Numbered from the stretch's first letter, positions 40,877 to 54,119 are shown. The stretch is DNA of 64,000 bases from an uncultured candidate division Zixibacteria bacterium (GCA_963817915.1 CAWFQL010000017.1:512001-576000), one strand, 5' to 3'. Numbers and translations: made by a program. The notes: generated from the letters alone by a model not told the origin.

Positions 40877-41731
40877 ATGACAAAGGTTATTGCTGTATTA
40901 AACCAAAAGGGAGGGGTTGGAAAAACTACGACATGTGTAAATCTGGGCGCCGCATTATCTGAAAAGGGATTCAATGTGCTTTTGCTCGATTTGGATCCAT
41001 TGGGCAATATGACCGGATGGTTGGCCGATGATTCCGGCGATTATCCCGTGGGTATCGGCGAATTGCTATGTGGAGAATCAGCTTTTGAAGAGACAGTCAA
41101 GAAAGCCAGCAATTTCAATATAGATTTCGTCCCCGCCGGGAAAAACCTTAGAGTAATACTTGCGAAACGGTATATCGACTCATATGCTCTTAAGGAACGA
41201 TTGAGCGCTTCTATCGAAAAGTATCAATTTGTGATTATCGATTGCCCCCCGTCGTCCGACGCTCTTGTCAAGAACGCGCTATTATTGGCCAGCTCGCTGA
41301 TTATCCCGATACAGACTGAGACACTCCCACTTCAAAGCGGCATCAAATTTTTAGAATGGCTTGAAGAGTTTAAGAAAGATTTCAATAGCTCGATAGATAT
41401 CATGGGCATACTACCATGCATGTTTGATTCCCGTACCCGGCTCTCCAATCAGATATTGGATGCCATGCGGGGCAGCGAACATTTAGGCCCGATGGTCTTC
41501 AATACGATTATAAGAAAAAATATCCGTTTGGCGGAAACTCCCGGTTCGGGCAAATCGATTTTTAAATCGGCATCCACGAGCTACGGCGCCAATGACTATA
41601 TTAATCTGGCTTTGGAAGTGATCACCAAATCCGGTTACGAGATTCCTCAAAATGGGGACAAGCCATATGCCCATTCCGGTTCGGGCGAAGAGATCAGCCA
41701 CGAGAGCATGGAGTTTCAGGCTCATCGATAA
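40877..41731 (+). CDS. ParA/Soj-family ATPase
   Basis: NQKGGVGKTTT, DLDPLGN, IIDCPPS, IRKNIRLAE. Confidence 0.9.
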   Translation: MTKVIAVLNQKGGVGKTTTCVNLGAALSEKGFNVLLLDLDPLGNMTGWLADDSGDYPVGIGELLCGESAFEETVKKASNFNIDFVPAGKNLRVILAKRYIDSYALKERLSASIEKYQFVIIDCPPSSDALVKNALLLASSLIIPIQTETLPLQSGIKFLEWLEEFKKDFNSSIDIMGILPCMFDSRTRLSNQILDAMRGSEHLGPMVFNTIIRKNIRLAETPGSGKSIFKSASTSYGANDYINLALEVITKSGYEIPQNGDKPYAHSGSGEEISHESMEFQAHR

Positions 41732-41817
41732 TTGATACCGGAACCTGACTTCTCTTGATCGCGTTAGATTTTCCAATGAGGCATATACAGCGAAAATGCC
41801 GATAGGAGGATTTTTAG

Positions 41818-42039
41818 ATGAATATCTCAATAGAATATTGCGGGCTCTGACATTACAAGCCCCAGGCGGTCAGCCTGGCAAACACATTGGAAAAGAAATT
41901 CGGAATAAAATCTGAATTGATCGAATCGGGTGGGGGAGTATTTGAAGTTGTCGTCGATGGCAACAAGATATTCTCCAAGAAGCAATTAGGCCGATTTCCC
42001 GAAGATAGCGAGATCATCAAGGCAATCGAAAAAATATAA
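41818..42039 (+). CDS. SelW/SelT/SelH (Rdx) family selenoprotein, 73 aa, in-frame UGA at 41848-41850
   Basis: AGGAGG SD; MNISIEYCGL-U-HYKPQA...GGGVFEVVVDGNKIFSKKQLGRFP; SECIS-like hairpin follows. Confidence 0.9.
41862..41878 (+). promoter_or_regulatory. Bacterial SECIS-like stem-loop
   Basis: CCAGGC-GGTCA-GCCTGG starting 11 nt after the UGA. Confidence 0.75.
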
Positions 42040-42222
42040 GAAGCCAGTTTTAATTAAACTTCTGTTTTGATGTCCGTTGAAACATCCCCGATTTCTTAAT
42101 ATTGATTTTTTATATTTTTTTCTCTGTATCAAGTCTTGAAAACTTACTGATAATTACATATAATTGCGTCAAGTTGATGAGCCATTTAGTATTTGTGGCC
42201 CCAATTCTTTAATGGAGGGTTT

Positions 42223-43024
42223 GTGCTGACATTAGTGAAATATGCGATTAGTGTTTTTATCTGGGCCGCAATCGCTTCCTTTTTCATACTGACGGGAAAT
42301 ATTGTTTATCTTGTATTCTGGTCGATATTGGGGCTGGGATTAATTATTGTCTGGATTGGGCACATGACCTATCATGTGATGTGTTGGTTTAATCCGTTAT
42401 TCAAGCCGATCAAGCTGATAGTGTTCTTCATCTTCCTCGTGGTCGGCGGACTTATTGTCTTCAAAGTATTTATCACTCCCAAATGGAATACCTATGGTTC
42501 AACCAAAGAAGAAATCGACCGAGAATACAAGGTCGATGAATTCTGCAAGGAATCGGATATTCGAATTGTCAGAACAGTTGAAATCAACGCGCCGCCCGAT
42601 TATATTTTCCGTTGGGTGCGCCAGATGCCGGAAGTTGGCACCTATACCTGGAGCGTTCCCGGGCTCTTCAAAATGAAATCGGTCGAACGGCTGGTGGAAA
42701 ACTTGCCGGATTTGCGCGAAGGGGACGATTTCCTTAATCGGCAAAGTTGTTGATGTAGATAAAGGCAAAAGCCTGACATTGAATCTGGGCGAAGATCCCA
42801 GAATGCCTAAACTCGGCATCAAATGTCTCTACAGCGGATATTATTTTAAAAAGGCGGATGACGGCAAAACCAGGGTCAGCATGGTGGTACGGGCGGATTA
42901 CGATGGCACGATGGGATGGTTCTATTCGCAGATGATAATCGAGATCGGCGATTTCTTCTTTGCCTCGAAACAGCTTTCGAAGCTGAAAGAATTATCGGAA
43001 AAGCATTTTGGCGAAAAATCTTGA
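42223..43024 (+). CDS. Membrane-anchored SRPBCC-like protein (frameshift near 42735)
   Basis: Three N-terminal TM; W..YGSTKEE, RTVEINAPP..IF.W..Q; continues in the 42779 frame. Confidence 0.6.
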
Positions 43025-43069
43025 GCATTTCTAAACAATATTGACAGGTTAGGGTAAAAGATAGGGGCA

Positions 43070-43543
43070 GTGACAGGCGATATGATAAAAATCGATAAAT
43101 TACCATTCTGGATGGCGACCGGAGCATTCACTCTTGGCAGTATAATCATTACCGGCATCATGCGATTGATCGAAAAGAACATAAATAGTTCCGATTACGC
43201 GCTTTTGAAGAATTATTTTTCTACAACACAATCGCAATACTACCCCGTGATTTACCTCATAATGTCATTTTTGGCCGCGGTGGCTGTGGTATATGTCTAC
43301 CAATTACTCAGACCAAATTTGCCATCGACCGTAATTCGCAGCGGACTTCTTATCGGCGGATTTCTATTCTTAGTAGGGGCATTGCCCAATGCTATTTATA
43401 CCGGATTTAATACGGTTGTAACATCGGCCATTGGCTGGGGTAATTTCTGGGCGGCATTATTCGGCAGTCTTATCAACGGATGTATATTGACATATACTTA
43501 TTATCGTTTTTCGCCTGAATGGAAAGAGAAACATGACAAATAG
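43070..43543 (+). CDS. Hypothetical 4-TM membrane protein
   Basis: Four hydrophobic segments. Confidence 0.65.
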   Translation: MTGDMIKIDKLPFWMATGAFTLGSIIITGIMRLIEKNINSSDYALLKNYFSTTQSQYYPVIYLIMSFLAAVAVVYVYQLLRPNLPSTVIRSGLLIGGFLFLVGALPNAIYTGFNTVVTSAIGWGNFWAALFGSLINGCILTYTYYRFSPEWKEKHDK

Positions 43544-43595
43544 AACTCGAATTTTAATTTTACAATATAGTAAATGCTTATAAGCGGAGGTTTGA

Positions 43596-45545
<1,950 letters not shown>

Positions 45546-45560
45546 AAATTCAATCGAAAA

Positions 45561-45890
45561 GTAGAGACGCAAAATCTTGCGTCTCTACTAATATATTAAA
45601 ATCTATTCGTGCTGTCGGGTGGCCTCACCCGACCGAAATAATCCGTACTTCCCGTAGGGGCGAACCCATGTGTTCGCCCTCTTTTTTTCGGGCCGACACG
45701 CAGGTCGGCCCCTACAGCAGAATACTTACGTAGGGGCGTTCAACTGAACGCCCGCGATGCCAATGGGCGTTTTTTCAAACGCCCCTACAGAATCTTGTAC
45801 CGCCCAACCCCACGGTAGGTCGGCGTTCCGAATCGCCAAAGGCGAATTTACAATCCGGCAGCTGCCGGAAGAGAAACCCGACATCCTGTA
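45561..45890. repeat. REP/REPIN-like cluster of seven units after dnaK
   Basis: GTAGAGACGCAAAATCTTGCGTCTCTAC; GTCGGGTGGCCTCACCCGAC; two inverted GTAGGGGC..GCCCCTAC pairs (45654-45715, 45730-45788); GTAGGTCGG..GAAACCCGAC. Confidence 0.88.
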
Positions 45891-45969
45891 ATGTCGCCGC
45901 TAATTAAAAAAAACATACTATTTCCCCAAAAATCTGTTATACTATAGCAAGTAGTTTCGACCGAAAACA

Positions 45970-47460
45970 ATGAGGCTTTTCATGCCCCGACCTTTAATTT
46001 TAATAATCTTATTCTTAGCCCTGAGCGCCGGGGCCACCCTTGCCGGCTGGTCCGAGCCGGTGAGGATATCGGAGCATGGGGGTTATCAATATCCCCAGAT
46101 GATAGCAAATGGGGATACATTGCATATAGTATATGAAGATACCAGAATATACGATAAGATTAGCTATCAAAGGAGCACGGATGGGGGGTTGTCATGGAGT
46201 TCTCATCAAGTGATATCGGATCGCTCCGATGAAACCCTTTTTCCGCGGATAATATCCAGCGGAACCAGGCTAATGGTCCTTTGGAAAAAGGCTCTTACGG
46301 GATATTACAGATATACTATCTCTTACAGCGTTTCGACCAACATTGGTGTCACGTGGTCAGCTCCCGACGTTGTTATAAATCCGGGCTGGCCCTATGCTCT
46401 CAATTTTGCGGCATCCGGCGGAACCGGCCTGAATATCAATGTGGTAGCCTGCACTAATGTAAGTGGGAGCCTAGTGTTTTACAGTATCCGAAGCACCAAT
46501 TTCGGGCAAACATGGTTGGAGCCTGTGGAGATATTCAGTGCCAATCAATCAGGATTGCCTGATCAGGCTGGCATTGGCGATTTCGTGCATTTTACCTGGG
46601 ACGGGCGTTTTCAAAATTCTGGACCGTGGGACATTTATTATCTCAGAAGTACGGATGCGGGAATAACCTGGTCAACCAGTTCTCTACTAAGCTCGTTAGA
46701 TAATCATGGTTCTGACCGCCCTTCTATTTGTATTGATGAATTTGATCAAGTACATGTGGCCTGGGTTGACGGCAAATATTCCCCCTATATGCTCACAGGA
46801 GATGTCGTGACTCGTCAAAGCGAGGATACAGGTCGAACCTGGGAAGCCGAAAGGCAGGTTTCGTTAAACCACTATGCTTTAGGCAATAATGATATTGCTT
46901 CCATTGGAGATACAATTCATGTCGCCTGGGAAGATGCGAGTTCCGGCCTTGCCCACAGGAGCATCTATTACACAAAAAGCACGGATAATGGAGTTACCTG
47001 GGATGATCCTTATTGGCTGGATAGGACGTTTGATGATTCCTGGACTCCTGTTTTAGCAACTTCCAATGGCAGGGTTTATGCGGCTTGGGGGGATGGAACA
47101 TACGACCCTGATACCAACAGCCACTGGGGGCTGTACTTTTCCCGCTGGGACCCCGATCCAAGCGGCATCGGCAATGGGAATATCGAAAATATCCCTGATA
47201 AGATAAGCTTAGCGGCCTACCCTAATCCGTTTAATTCAAATGTAACCATAACCTATTCTAATTTGGAAGGAGGTGATATAGGAATTTACGATGTCCAGGG
47301 CAAATTGGTCAAAATCTTAAAAACAGAAGCAGGCAAGGGTGGAAAAATAAAATGGGACGCCCAGGATGCTATGGGAAATAAAGTCACTTCAGGAATCTAT
47401 TTCGCCAAGGCAAGAACCTTGTCAAGCTCAACTGCTATCAAACTAATTTTTTTAAAATAA
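45970..47460 (+). CDS. Secreted BNR/Asp-box (sialidase-like fold) protein with a C-terminal sorting domain
   Basis: Signal peptide; six SxDxGxTW-type boxes; AYPNPFN...SGIYF..KLIFLK. Confidence 0.85.
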   Translation: MRLFMPRPLILIILFLALSAGATLAGWSEPVRISEHGGYQYPQMIANGDTLHIVYEDTRIYDKISYQRSTDGGLSWSSHQVISDRSDETLFPRIISSGTRLMVLWKKALTGYYRYTISYSVSTNIGVTWSAPDVVINPGWPYALNFAASGGTGLNINVVACTNVSGSLVFYSIRSTNFGQTWLEPVEIFSANQSGLPDQAGIGDFVHFTWDGRFQNSGPWDIYYLRSTDAGITWSTSSLLSSLDNHGSDRPSICIDEFDQVHVAWVDGKYSPYMLTGDVVTRQSEDTGRTWEAERQVSLNHYALGNNDIASIGDTIHVAWEDASSGLAHRSIYYTKSTDNGVTWDDPYWLDRTFDDSWTPVLATSNGRVYAAWGDGTYDPDTNSHWGLYFSRWDPDPSGIGNGNIENIPDKISLAAYPNPFNSNVTITYSNLEGGDIGIYDVQGKLVKILKTEAGKGGKIKWDAQDAMGNKVTSGIYFAKARTLSSSTAIKLIFLK

Positions 47461-47461
47461 T

Positions 47462-48001
47462 TCATCTCACCCTTATCACTAGATCCACCACTGAGGTATC
47501 ATTCTCGTTTTCGGCGGGGAAGCCGCGGAAGACTTCGATACCGGGATAAATCGGCGTATACCCCTTGAGCTTCATATATCCCGCCAAATATCCCCAGCAG
47601 GAATCAAGCTTATCAAAGCTGCAGCGGCATTCGAAAAACAACGCCTGCCCGCCTTTGACATTGCCCATAAAGAAATCTTCCGACAGTTTCAACTTGGGAT
47701 CGTCGAGAATCAGTCCTAATCGGCGGCTGACCGGCTTCATATCCAATGAATCATTGAAGCTATCGATAATCGCAATCGGGTCGCCGAACTGCTCGGGGTT
47801 TTCGGAATATTGTTCGAGACTGTAGGCGAGCCCTTCGTTGATATCAGTAAATGTATCAGCGAATGCCGGAAATGAGTAGTATAAATCCGGCATTATCTTT
47901 TTCTGTGGTTGTCCCGATATTTTGGTCTTTCCACATCCGGTAATTAACAAAAAAGCCATAATTGAAATGATCGCCATTAATTCAAAAGGCGACAAAATCA
48001 T
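47462..48001 (-). CDS. Lipoprotein, possible GyrI-like small-molecule-binding domain
   Basis: Lipobox ITGC; W.YL.GYM...GY.P.YPGIEVF. Confidence 0.5.
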   Translation of the reverse strand: MILSPFELMAIISIMAFLLITGCGKTKISGQPQKKIMPDLYYSFPAFADTFTDINEGLAYSLEQYSENPEQFGDPIAIIDSFNDSLDMKPVSRRLGLILDDPKLKLSEDFFMGNVKGGQALFFECRCSFDKLDSCWGYLAGYMKLKGYTPIYPGIEVFRGFPAENENDTSVVDLVIRVR

Positions 48002-48048
48002 TGCCGCCCTTTTATGTCTTGATGATAATTCGAAGTTTCATGACTCCA

Positions 48049-49771
48049 TCACAAATACGATGGATATTCTACTTTCTCGAACCATTCGGCCTTGAGATCG
48101 GGGAAGAGGTCGTCCCGTTTTTCGAGATCGTAAAGGTATGTCAATTCGCCCTCGTTTAGATCTTCGGCCTTATCCAATAATTCTGCCAGCCGTGTGAATG
48201 CTTCATGATGAGCCGCGATTCTGGTTTCGGCGTAATCTCTGGCCGCCCAGGTGGAGATCAGGAATTGCCAGTCCGATGCCGAAAGCAACATCAGCTCTCT
48301 GGCGGCCTGAGTAATTATCCGTTTGCCGATATCGCCTGACTGTTTGTATTTGCCGGCCATTTCTGTCATCTTCAATTCGTCGGTGTAGACATGTTTCCAT
48401 GTCCAGTCATTCCACTTGTTCAGCCATATATAATGATAGCCGCCCTCGCCCCAGGAGCCTTCGGGCACTGAAATCACTTTCGATGGTTTCACCATATCAT
48501 AATATTCGCTGGCGGTGCAAAGGTCATATTCAGCCGATTTATGTACTTTCTCAACAACCTTTTCAAGGAAGTAGGGACCCTCAAACCACCAATGCCCGAA
48601 AAGCTCGGCATCGAATGGCGATACAGCTATGCCGGGATTATTGTTTGTCTTGTAATGCTCTGCTAAAATAGCGGTGACAAGTCCTGTAAAATGAGCCGAA
48701 TTTTCCTCGATCCTGCCTTTGATAACATCGGGATTATAAATAAGCTTTTCGGCTAAGTCACTTTTGGCGGATGTTACCCTCCAATAGCGATGGCCGCCCG
48801 GATATCGTTTTTTATGGAAATCGAGATAGTTGCCATCACCGGGATAGCCCCATTCGCCCGACCAAACCTGCAGGCTTGTCTCCGGATGGCGCGTAAATAC
48901 CGCCACGGGTTTTTTGCCTTCGGTCGCGCCGACCAGATAGACATTGAGCGCCGTCTTGGCTTGGTCTTCAGTACGGGGATGATATTGCTGTTCGAACTGG
49001 TTCCATAATGTCTTAAGCGCATCGAATCTATCGACATAGACTCCGATCGCGCGGCCGCCCTTGAGCATGGCGTTATCTATGAAGAAATAATCTAAACCAT
49101 TTTCGGATAGAAATTCCTCGATCCCTTTTCGTCTTGTAATGCTCCGGTAAACCGTCGACCTTGACCGGCGGGCTCCAATCGTAGGCCGGGCGATAGGCAC
49201 ATTCCGGCAGCCAGATACCGCGCGGTTTTCTCCCGAAATTACGGTCATAAGATGCTACGGCCTGCTTAATCTGGGCCTGGCACGATGTATCTTGAGATAA
49301 TAATGGTAGATAGCCATGCGTCGCGCCGCATGTGATAATCTCGATATGACCCTCATCCTGAAGCCTGCGGAAATGATCGACTATATTTCCGCCGTAAACA
49401 TTATTGAATGTATCATTGATAAGGTTATAATAATCTTCCCAATTATGAGCCAGCCTGAGATATTCATGCTGTCCGGTTCGATAAAATTCGGTGGCGTCGG
49501 CCCCTGCGGCATCGACTTTCTGCTTAAGATATTCTCGGAATTCGCTTCGGAATGAATCATGCGCCAATTGCTCGCATAATACCGGCGAAATGCCAATCGT
49601 AAATTTGGGCGATATCCCTTTGGCCACCAACCTGTCGCAGACTAATAGTATCGGTATATATGTTTCGGCAGCCGCTTCGTTGAGCCAATCGGTTCCATGC
49701 GGCCATTTCCCATGCCCCAGCACATACGGAAGATGAGAATGTAATACGAATGAAAAATATCCTTTTTTCAT
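48049..49771 (-). CDS. GH57 1,4-alpha-glucan branching enzyme (DUF1957 type), frameshift near 49130
   Basis: VLHSHLPYV, CGATHGYLP, GIWLPECAY, PFDAELFGHWWFEGP, SASDWQF. Confidence 0.9.
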
Positions 49772-50064
49772 TTGCCTGCCTGGAACCCGATGTTCTTGTC
49801 CGATTCGCCCTGAATTTTGATTACGCCATATTGGGCTTCGAACTTCTTAATATTGTCCTCCAATGCCTTCGATAGCATCTTGGCATGGGCGGGAGTCATT
49901 ATTATCCGCGAATAAATTCTGGTCTTCTGAACTCCTGGCATTACCCGCGCGAAGTCTATTATTATTTCCTGTGGGGAATGGACTATTAACGCCAGATTGG
50001 AATAAATCCCTTCCGATTCTTTTTCTCCAAGCTCCACGTCAAGCTGTCTTGGTTTCTGATCCAT
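49768..50064 (-). CDS. DUF3467-family protein
   Basis: EGIYSNLA.I.HS..E.IIDF, SRIIMTP.HAK. Confidence 0.85.
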   Translation of the reverse strand: MDQKPRQLDVELGEKESEGIYSNLALIVHSPQEIIIDFARVMPGVQKTRIYSRIIMTPAHAKMLSKALEDNIKKFEAQYGVIKIQGESDKNIGFQAGK

Positions 50065-50175
50065 CTCTATCTCCTTTAGATTAAATATCTTGGGTCAAAC
50101 AGAATGTTGTTGCCCCAATCCCTGAATTTTAGTATAATTGACCCCCATGTCAAGGTAATTAATCGCAGGATATTT

Positions 50176-51159
50176 ATGGATAAAAAAAGAATTTCAAAAT
50201 TAATCAAAAGTTTCTCGAAAAGCAAAATCCTCGTTTTAGGGGATTTAATGTTAGATCGCTACCTCTGGGGTAATGTTGAACGGATATCGCCGGAAGCCCC
50301 GGTCCCGGTCGTAACTGTCACCAAAGAGACAGTCAATCTCGGCGGAGCGGCCAATGTCGCCGCCAATGTCCAGGCGCTTGGAGCCAAAGTCACGCTGTTT
50401 GGAGTCATCGGTAATGATCCGTTGGCGGAGTTATTCAGAGAGAATTTGGAGGGCTTCGAACTGCAGACTTCAGGATTGTTAGTCGATCCTGAAAGGCCAA
50501 CCACGGTAAAGACTCGTATTGTCGCTCACAATCAGCAGATTGTCAGAATCGATCGCGAGCATTCCAAAGAGATCAATAGCGACCTGGTCGATGCGATGCT
50601 TTCCAAGATCAAGAAAATCATTCCCAAAATCGATGGCATCATTATCTCCGATTACGGCAAAGGTGTGATTACCTACGATCTTCTAACCGAGCTCATCTCA
50701 ATGGCTAATCAATCCGGGCTATTCATCGCAGTCGATCCCAAGGAAGTTCATTTCATGAATTATCGCAATGTATCGGTAATCACTCCCAATCACCACGAGG
50801 CCGGCTTTATTTCCGGCAAAAAGATAATCGATGATACAATTCTGGCCGAAGTCGGGTGGAATCTTATCGATCTATTGAATCTGGAATCCATTCTGATTAC
50901 CCGCGGCGAAAAAGGCATGAGCCTATTTGAAAAGGATGGGGAAATGACTCATATCCCAGCCATGGCCAAGACCGTATTCGATGTTACGGGAGCCGGGGAT
51001 ACAGTTATCGCGGCGCTTACTGTGGCAAGGACTGCGGGAGCGACAATGAAAGAAGCCGCCTTCATGGCCAATGTCGCCGCCAGCCTGGCAGTTGCCCAAT
51101 TCGGAACCGCAAGAATAACATCAGGCGAACTCAAAGACGCCATAAATCGCAATAAATGA
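50176..51159 (+). CDS. rfaE1: D-glycero-beta-D-manno-heptose-7-phosphate kinase (HldE N-domain)
   Basis: GDLMLD, RISPEAPVPV, SDYGKG, DVTGAGDTV. Confidence 0.93.
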   Translation: MDKKRISKLIKSFSKSKILVLGDLMLDRYLWGNVERISPEAPVPVVTVTKETVNLGGAANVAANVQALGAKVTLFGVIGNDPLAELFRENLEGFELQTSGLLVDPERPTTVKTRIVAHNQQIVRIDREHSKEINSDLVDAMLSKIKKIIPKIDGIIISDYGKGVITYDLLTELISMANQSGLFIAVDPKEVHFMNYRNVSVITPNHHEAGFISGKKIIDDTILAEVGWNLIDLLNLESILITRGEKGMSLFEKDGEMTHIPAMAKTVFDVTGAGDTVIAALTVARTAGATMKEAAFMANVAASLAVAQFGTARITSGELKDAINRNK

Positions 51160-51635
51160 CCCGAAAAATAGTGTCCTTAAAAAAGGCAATGGAGATTCGC
51201 AAGAGACTCCGCGGCCAGGGGAAAAAAGTGGTCTTTACCAATGGATGCTTTGATCTCATTCATGCGGGTCATGCCAGCTATCTAAATTCAGCACGTAAAT
51301 TAGGCGATTTTTTGATTGTCGGATTAAATTCTGACGCTTCCGTGCGCCGCCTAAAAGGACCCAATCGTCCAATAATGCCGTTCAAAGAAAGGGCGACATT
51401 GCTTTCATTTCTTATCCCGGTGGATTTGGTGGTAGGATTTGGAGAAGATACACCGATTAAGCTGATAAACTCATTACAGCCCGATTGCCTCGCCAAAGGC
51501 GCTGATTATAAAGAAAGCGAGATCGTAGGAGCGAGGGAAGTGAAATCCTGGGGTGGTAAAGTTCGTAGAATTAAGCTAATCAAAGGAAAATCATCCTCTA
51601 AGCTGATAGGAAAACTTATTGAGTTGAACAGCTAA
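51156..51635 (+). CDS. rfaE2: Heptose 1-phosphate adenylyltransferase (HldE C-domain)
   Basis: FTNGCFDLIHAGH, GLNSDASVRRLKG, KGADY. Confidence 0.93.
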   Translation: MTRKIVSLKKAMEIRKRLRGQGKKVVFTNGCFDLIHAGHASYLNSARKLGDFLIVGLNSDASVRRLKGPNRPIMPFKERATLLSFLIPVDLVVGFGEDTPIKLINSLQPDCLAKGADYKESEIVGAREVKSWGGKVRRIKLIKGKSSSKLIGKLIELNS

Positions 51636-51793
51636 GACATTGTATCCCAATTACTTACGCTTTCGATTGTCTCCATTTGCCCCAAAAAAATGTTGACATT
51701 GGAGCATGCTGAATACTATGATTGGCGCTTTGGATGGCAGGGTAACCCCGATTGAATTGATTGGAATATAGGTCAAATTCAAGATAGAAGAAA

Positions 51794-52363
51794 ATGGACG
51801 AGAAGAATAAAATAGAGGCCTTCGATATCGATCAGGTCGGCAAACGAGGTCAGATGCGGGAAGCGTTGGAGACGGCCCTTGATTGTATCAGGACCGGCGC
51901 GGATAGCCCCGATTTATACTATGTTGCCGCCAAGATAGCGTTCCAGTTGAATGATATAGAAAAGGCCCAGCAATTAATCGACAAGCTTCTGGTGCTTGAT
52001 CCTGATCATATCAATGGCTGGCTGCTTTTCGGCGAGATACATGCCATGAAGGCCGATTTTGCGAGGGCACTCTATGGCCATAAAATGGCAGAGGAGCTGT
52101 TCCCGGCATTGGAAGAGTTCGGTATCTTGATCAATTATAAGCCTACTTTGGATTCCGAGAACGAAAGGGAAGATGTGACAGCAGGTTCGATTTTTGATGA
52201 TTCTGTATTCGATACCATTACATTCGCGGAAATTTGTGTCAAACAAGGCTATTACAATAAGGCCCTGAAGATTTACACCGATCTTTTGGAAAAAAATCCT
52301 GACAATAATGAGCTTCGCAAAAAGATAGAGGAATTGAAAAAGAAAATGGGAAAATATGCTTAG
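51794..52363 (+). CDS. Tetratricopeptide-repeat protein
   Basis: TPR-like helices; T.TFAEI..KQG.Y.KA..IY..L...NP. Confidence 0.75.
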   Translation: MDEKNKIEAFDIDQVGKRGQMREALETALDCIRTGADSPDLYYVAAKIAFQLNDIEKAQQLIDKLLVLDPDHINGWLLFGEIHAMKADFARALYGHKMAEELFPALEEFGILINYKPTLDSENEREDVTAGSIFDDSVFDTITFAEICVKQGYYNKALKIYTDLLEKNPDNNELRKKIEELKKKMGKYA

Positions 52364-53427
52364 CGAAAGACTAAAACAGGCATTTAATTTACTTTCCAAA
52401 AATGATTTGGATTACCTCCTTATTAGTGAAATCCATCATGTTCGATATCTTACCGGTTTTTCCGGCTCCAACGGCATGTTGCTTATCGCGCCCCCCAAGG
52501 CGTTCTTCCTGACCGACTTCCGCTACACGGTCCAGGCTCAAAAAGAAGTAAAAAATTGTCAGATAATTATCGCGGAACGAGATCTTGTCATCGGAATTGC
52601 CCAAGCTTCAGGTTTCATGGAAAAACCCGGTGGTTGGTCTGGAATCATCATTTGTATCATTGAAACTTTACGAGAAATTCAAGGATCTTCTTCCCACGGC
52701 CACATTCAAAAATACCGAAAATCTAATTGAGTCATTGTCTGTGAGAAAAGACCCGCTGGAAATCAGCAAAATCCGAAAGGCTGTGAGAATAGCAGATAAA
52801 GCGTTTTCGGAAATCCTGAAAATGCTCAAGCCCGGAGTCCGGGAAAAAGATATCGCGCTGGAACTTGAAAATCGTATGCGCAAGTTGGGAGCCGATGGCC
52901 CATCATTTGATACGATTGTAGCATCCGGTCAGCGTTCATCAATGCCGCATGGTCGGGCATCCGACAAGAAGCTGAAAAAGGGTGATTTTATCACTATAGA
53001 TTTCGGATGTTATTTTCAGGGATATTCGTCGGATATAACCCGGACTGTAGTTCTTGGGAAAGCCACCGAGAAACAAAAGAAGATTTACAGCGTTGTATTG
53101 AATACCCAAAAGGCGGCATGCAAGGCTGTCAAGCCCGGTCTGGCATGCAGTCATGTGGATGCGGTTGCCCGTGATATGATCATGAAAGCCGGATATGGCG
53201 ATTATTTCGGGCATGGCCTGGGTCATGGCATAGGACTTTTGGTGCATGACGGCCCAGTCTTAAGTCCGCGCTCGAATGATATCCTCGAGCCGGGAAATGT
53301 AATAACGATTGAACCGGGGATTTATCTGCCTAATTGGGGCGGGGTAAGAATCGAAGACGATGTTCTGGTGACATCGGACGGCGCCCAAATCCTCAGCAAA
53401 TCGCCAAAGGAATTATTAGAGCTCTAA
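52356..53427 (+). CDS. Xaa-Pro aminopeptidase (M24), frameshift near 52590
   Basis: YLTGFSGS, TDFRY; DFG, SDITRT, HGLGHGIG, TIEPG, GVRIEDD. Confidence 0.9.
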
Positions 53428-53465
53428 AGGATAGAGCCAAACCTGTTTTTAACGGGGGAGATTAA

Positions 53466-53948
53466 ATGAGACCATCGAAAATAAGAGCGCTTATAAAATT
53501 GGTTGAGGAATCGAATATCGGCGAATTAGAAGTTTCGAGCTGGGGCCGCAAGGTCTGTATTCGAAAGAAGATCGAAAACAACAATCACGATAGTCGACAT
53601 AATCCAACCGGCAATATCGTGATGTCGCAGCCTCAACCGATAATCCAGCAAGCGCGTTTGGAAGTCGCTACGCAGGAGCCCAAGGCGCCTGTGAATAAGA
53701 CCGAGCTTATTGAAGTAAAATCCCCGATGGTGGGCACATTTTATCGCGCTCCCGCCCCGGATGCCAAGCCTTATGTCGAAGTCGGTCAACTTATAGGCCC
53801 GGGACAGGTGGTTTGCATTGTCGAGGCGATGAAGCTAATGAATGAAATCGAAGCCGAAGTTTCCGGAAGAGTTGTCGAAGTGCTTATCGAAAATGCCAAA
53901 CCGGTGCAGTTCGGCCAAGCCCTATTTCTCTTGGAGCCAGCTTCCTAA
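53466..53948 (+). CDS. accB: Acetyl-CoA carboxylase biotin carboxyl carrier protein
   Basis: SPMVGTFY and EAMKLMNE biotinylation motif. Confidence 0.96.
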   Translation: MRPSKIRALIKLVEESNIGELEVSSWGRKVCIRKKIENNNHDSRHNPTGNIVMSQPQPIIQQARLEVATQEPKAPVNKTELIEVKSPMVGTFYRAPAPDAKPYVEVGQLIGPGQVVCIVEAMKLMNEIEAEVSGRVVEVLIENAKPVQFGQALFLLEPAS

Positions 53949-53969
53949 TTGTTGCAATATAGAAAGTTA

Positions 53970-54002
53970 GGCGGCTTGAATCTCTCAGGCCGCCATTTTT
54001 TT
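53970..54002 (+). terminator. Rho-independent terminator
   Basis: GGCGGCTTGA-N-TCAGGCCGCC followed by T run. Confidence 0.65.
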
Positions 54003-54119
54003 GCCTAATTTTTATAACTAATTCCCTTTTTAATTATGTCGATATGAAATATAGAAGTTTTCTTATTTTATTTCTGTGAGAGTCGCAGAGAATATCGATA
54101 ATTCTACGAGGTAGCGAAT

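Noticed and set aside
43540..43582. TAGAACTC upstream of dnaK as a CIRCE
   Set aside because: Only a partial left arm; no GAGTGCTAA at 9-nt spacing
45561..45890. Palindrome clusters as CRISPR arrays
   Set aside because: Units differ in sequence and orientation, spacing is irregular, no cas genes
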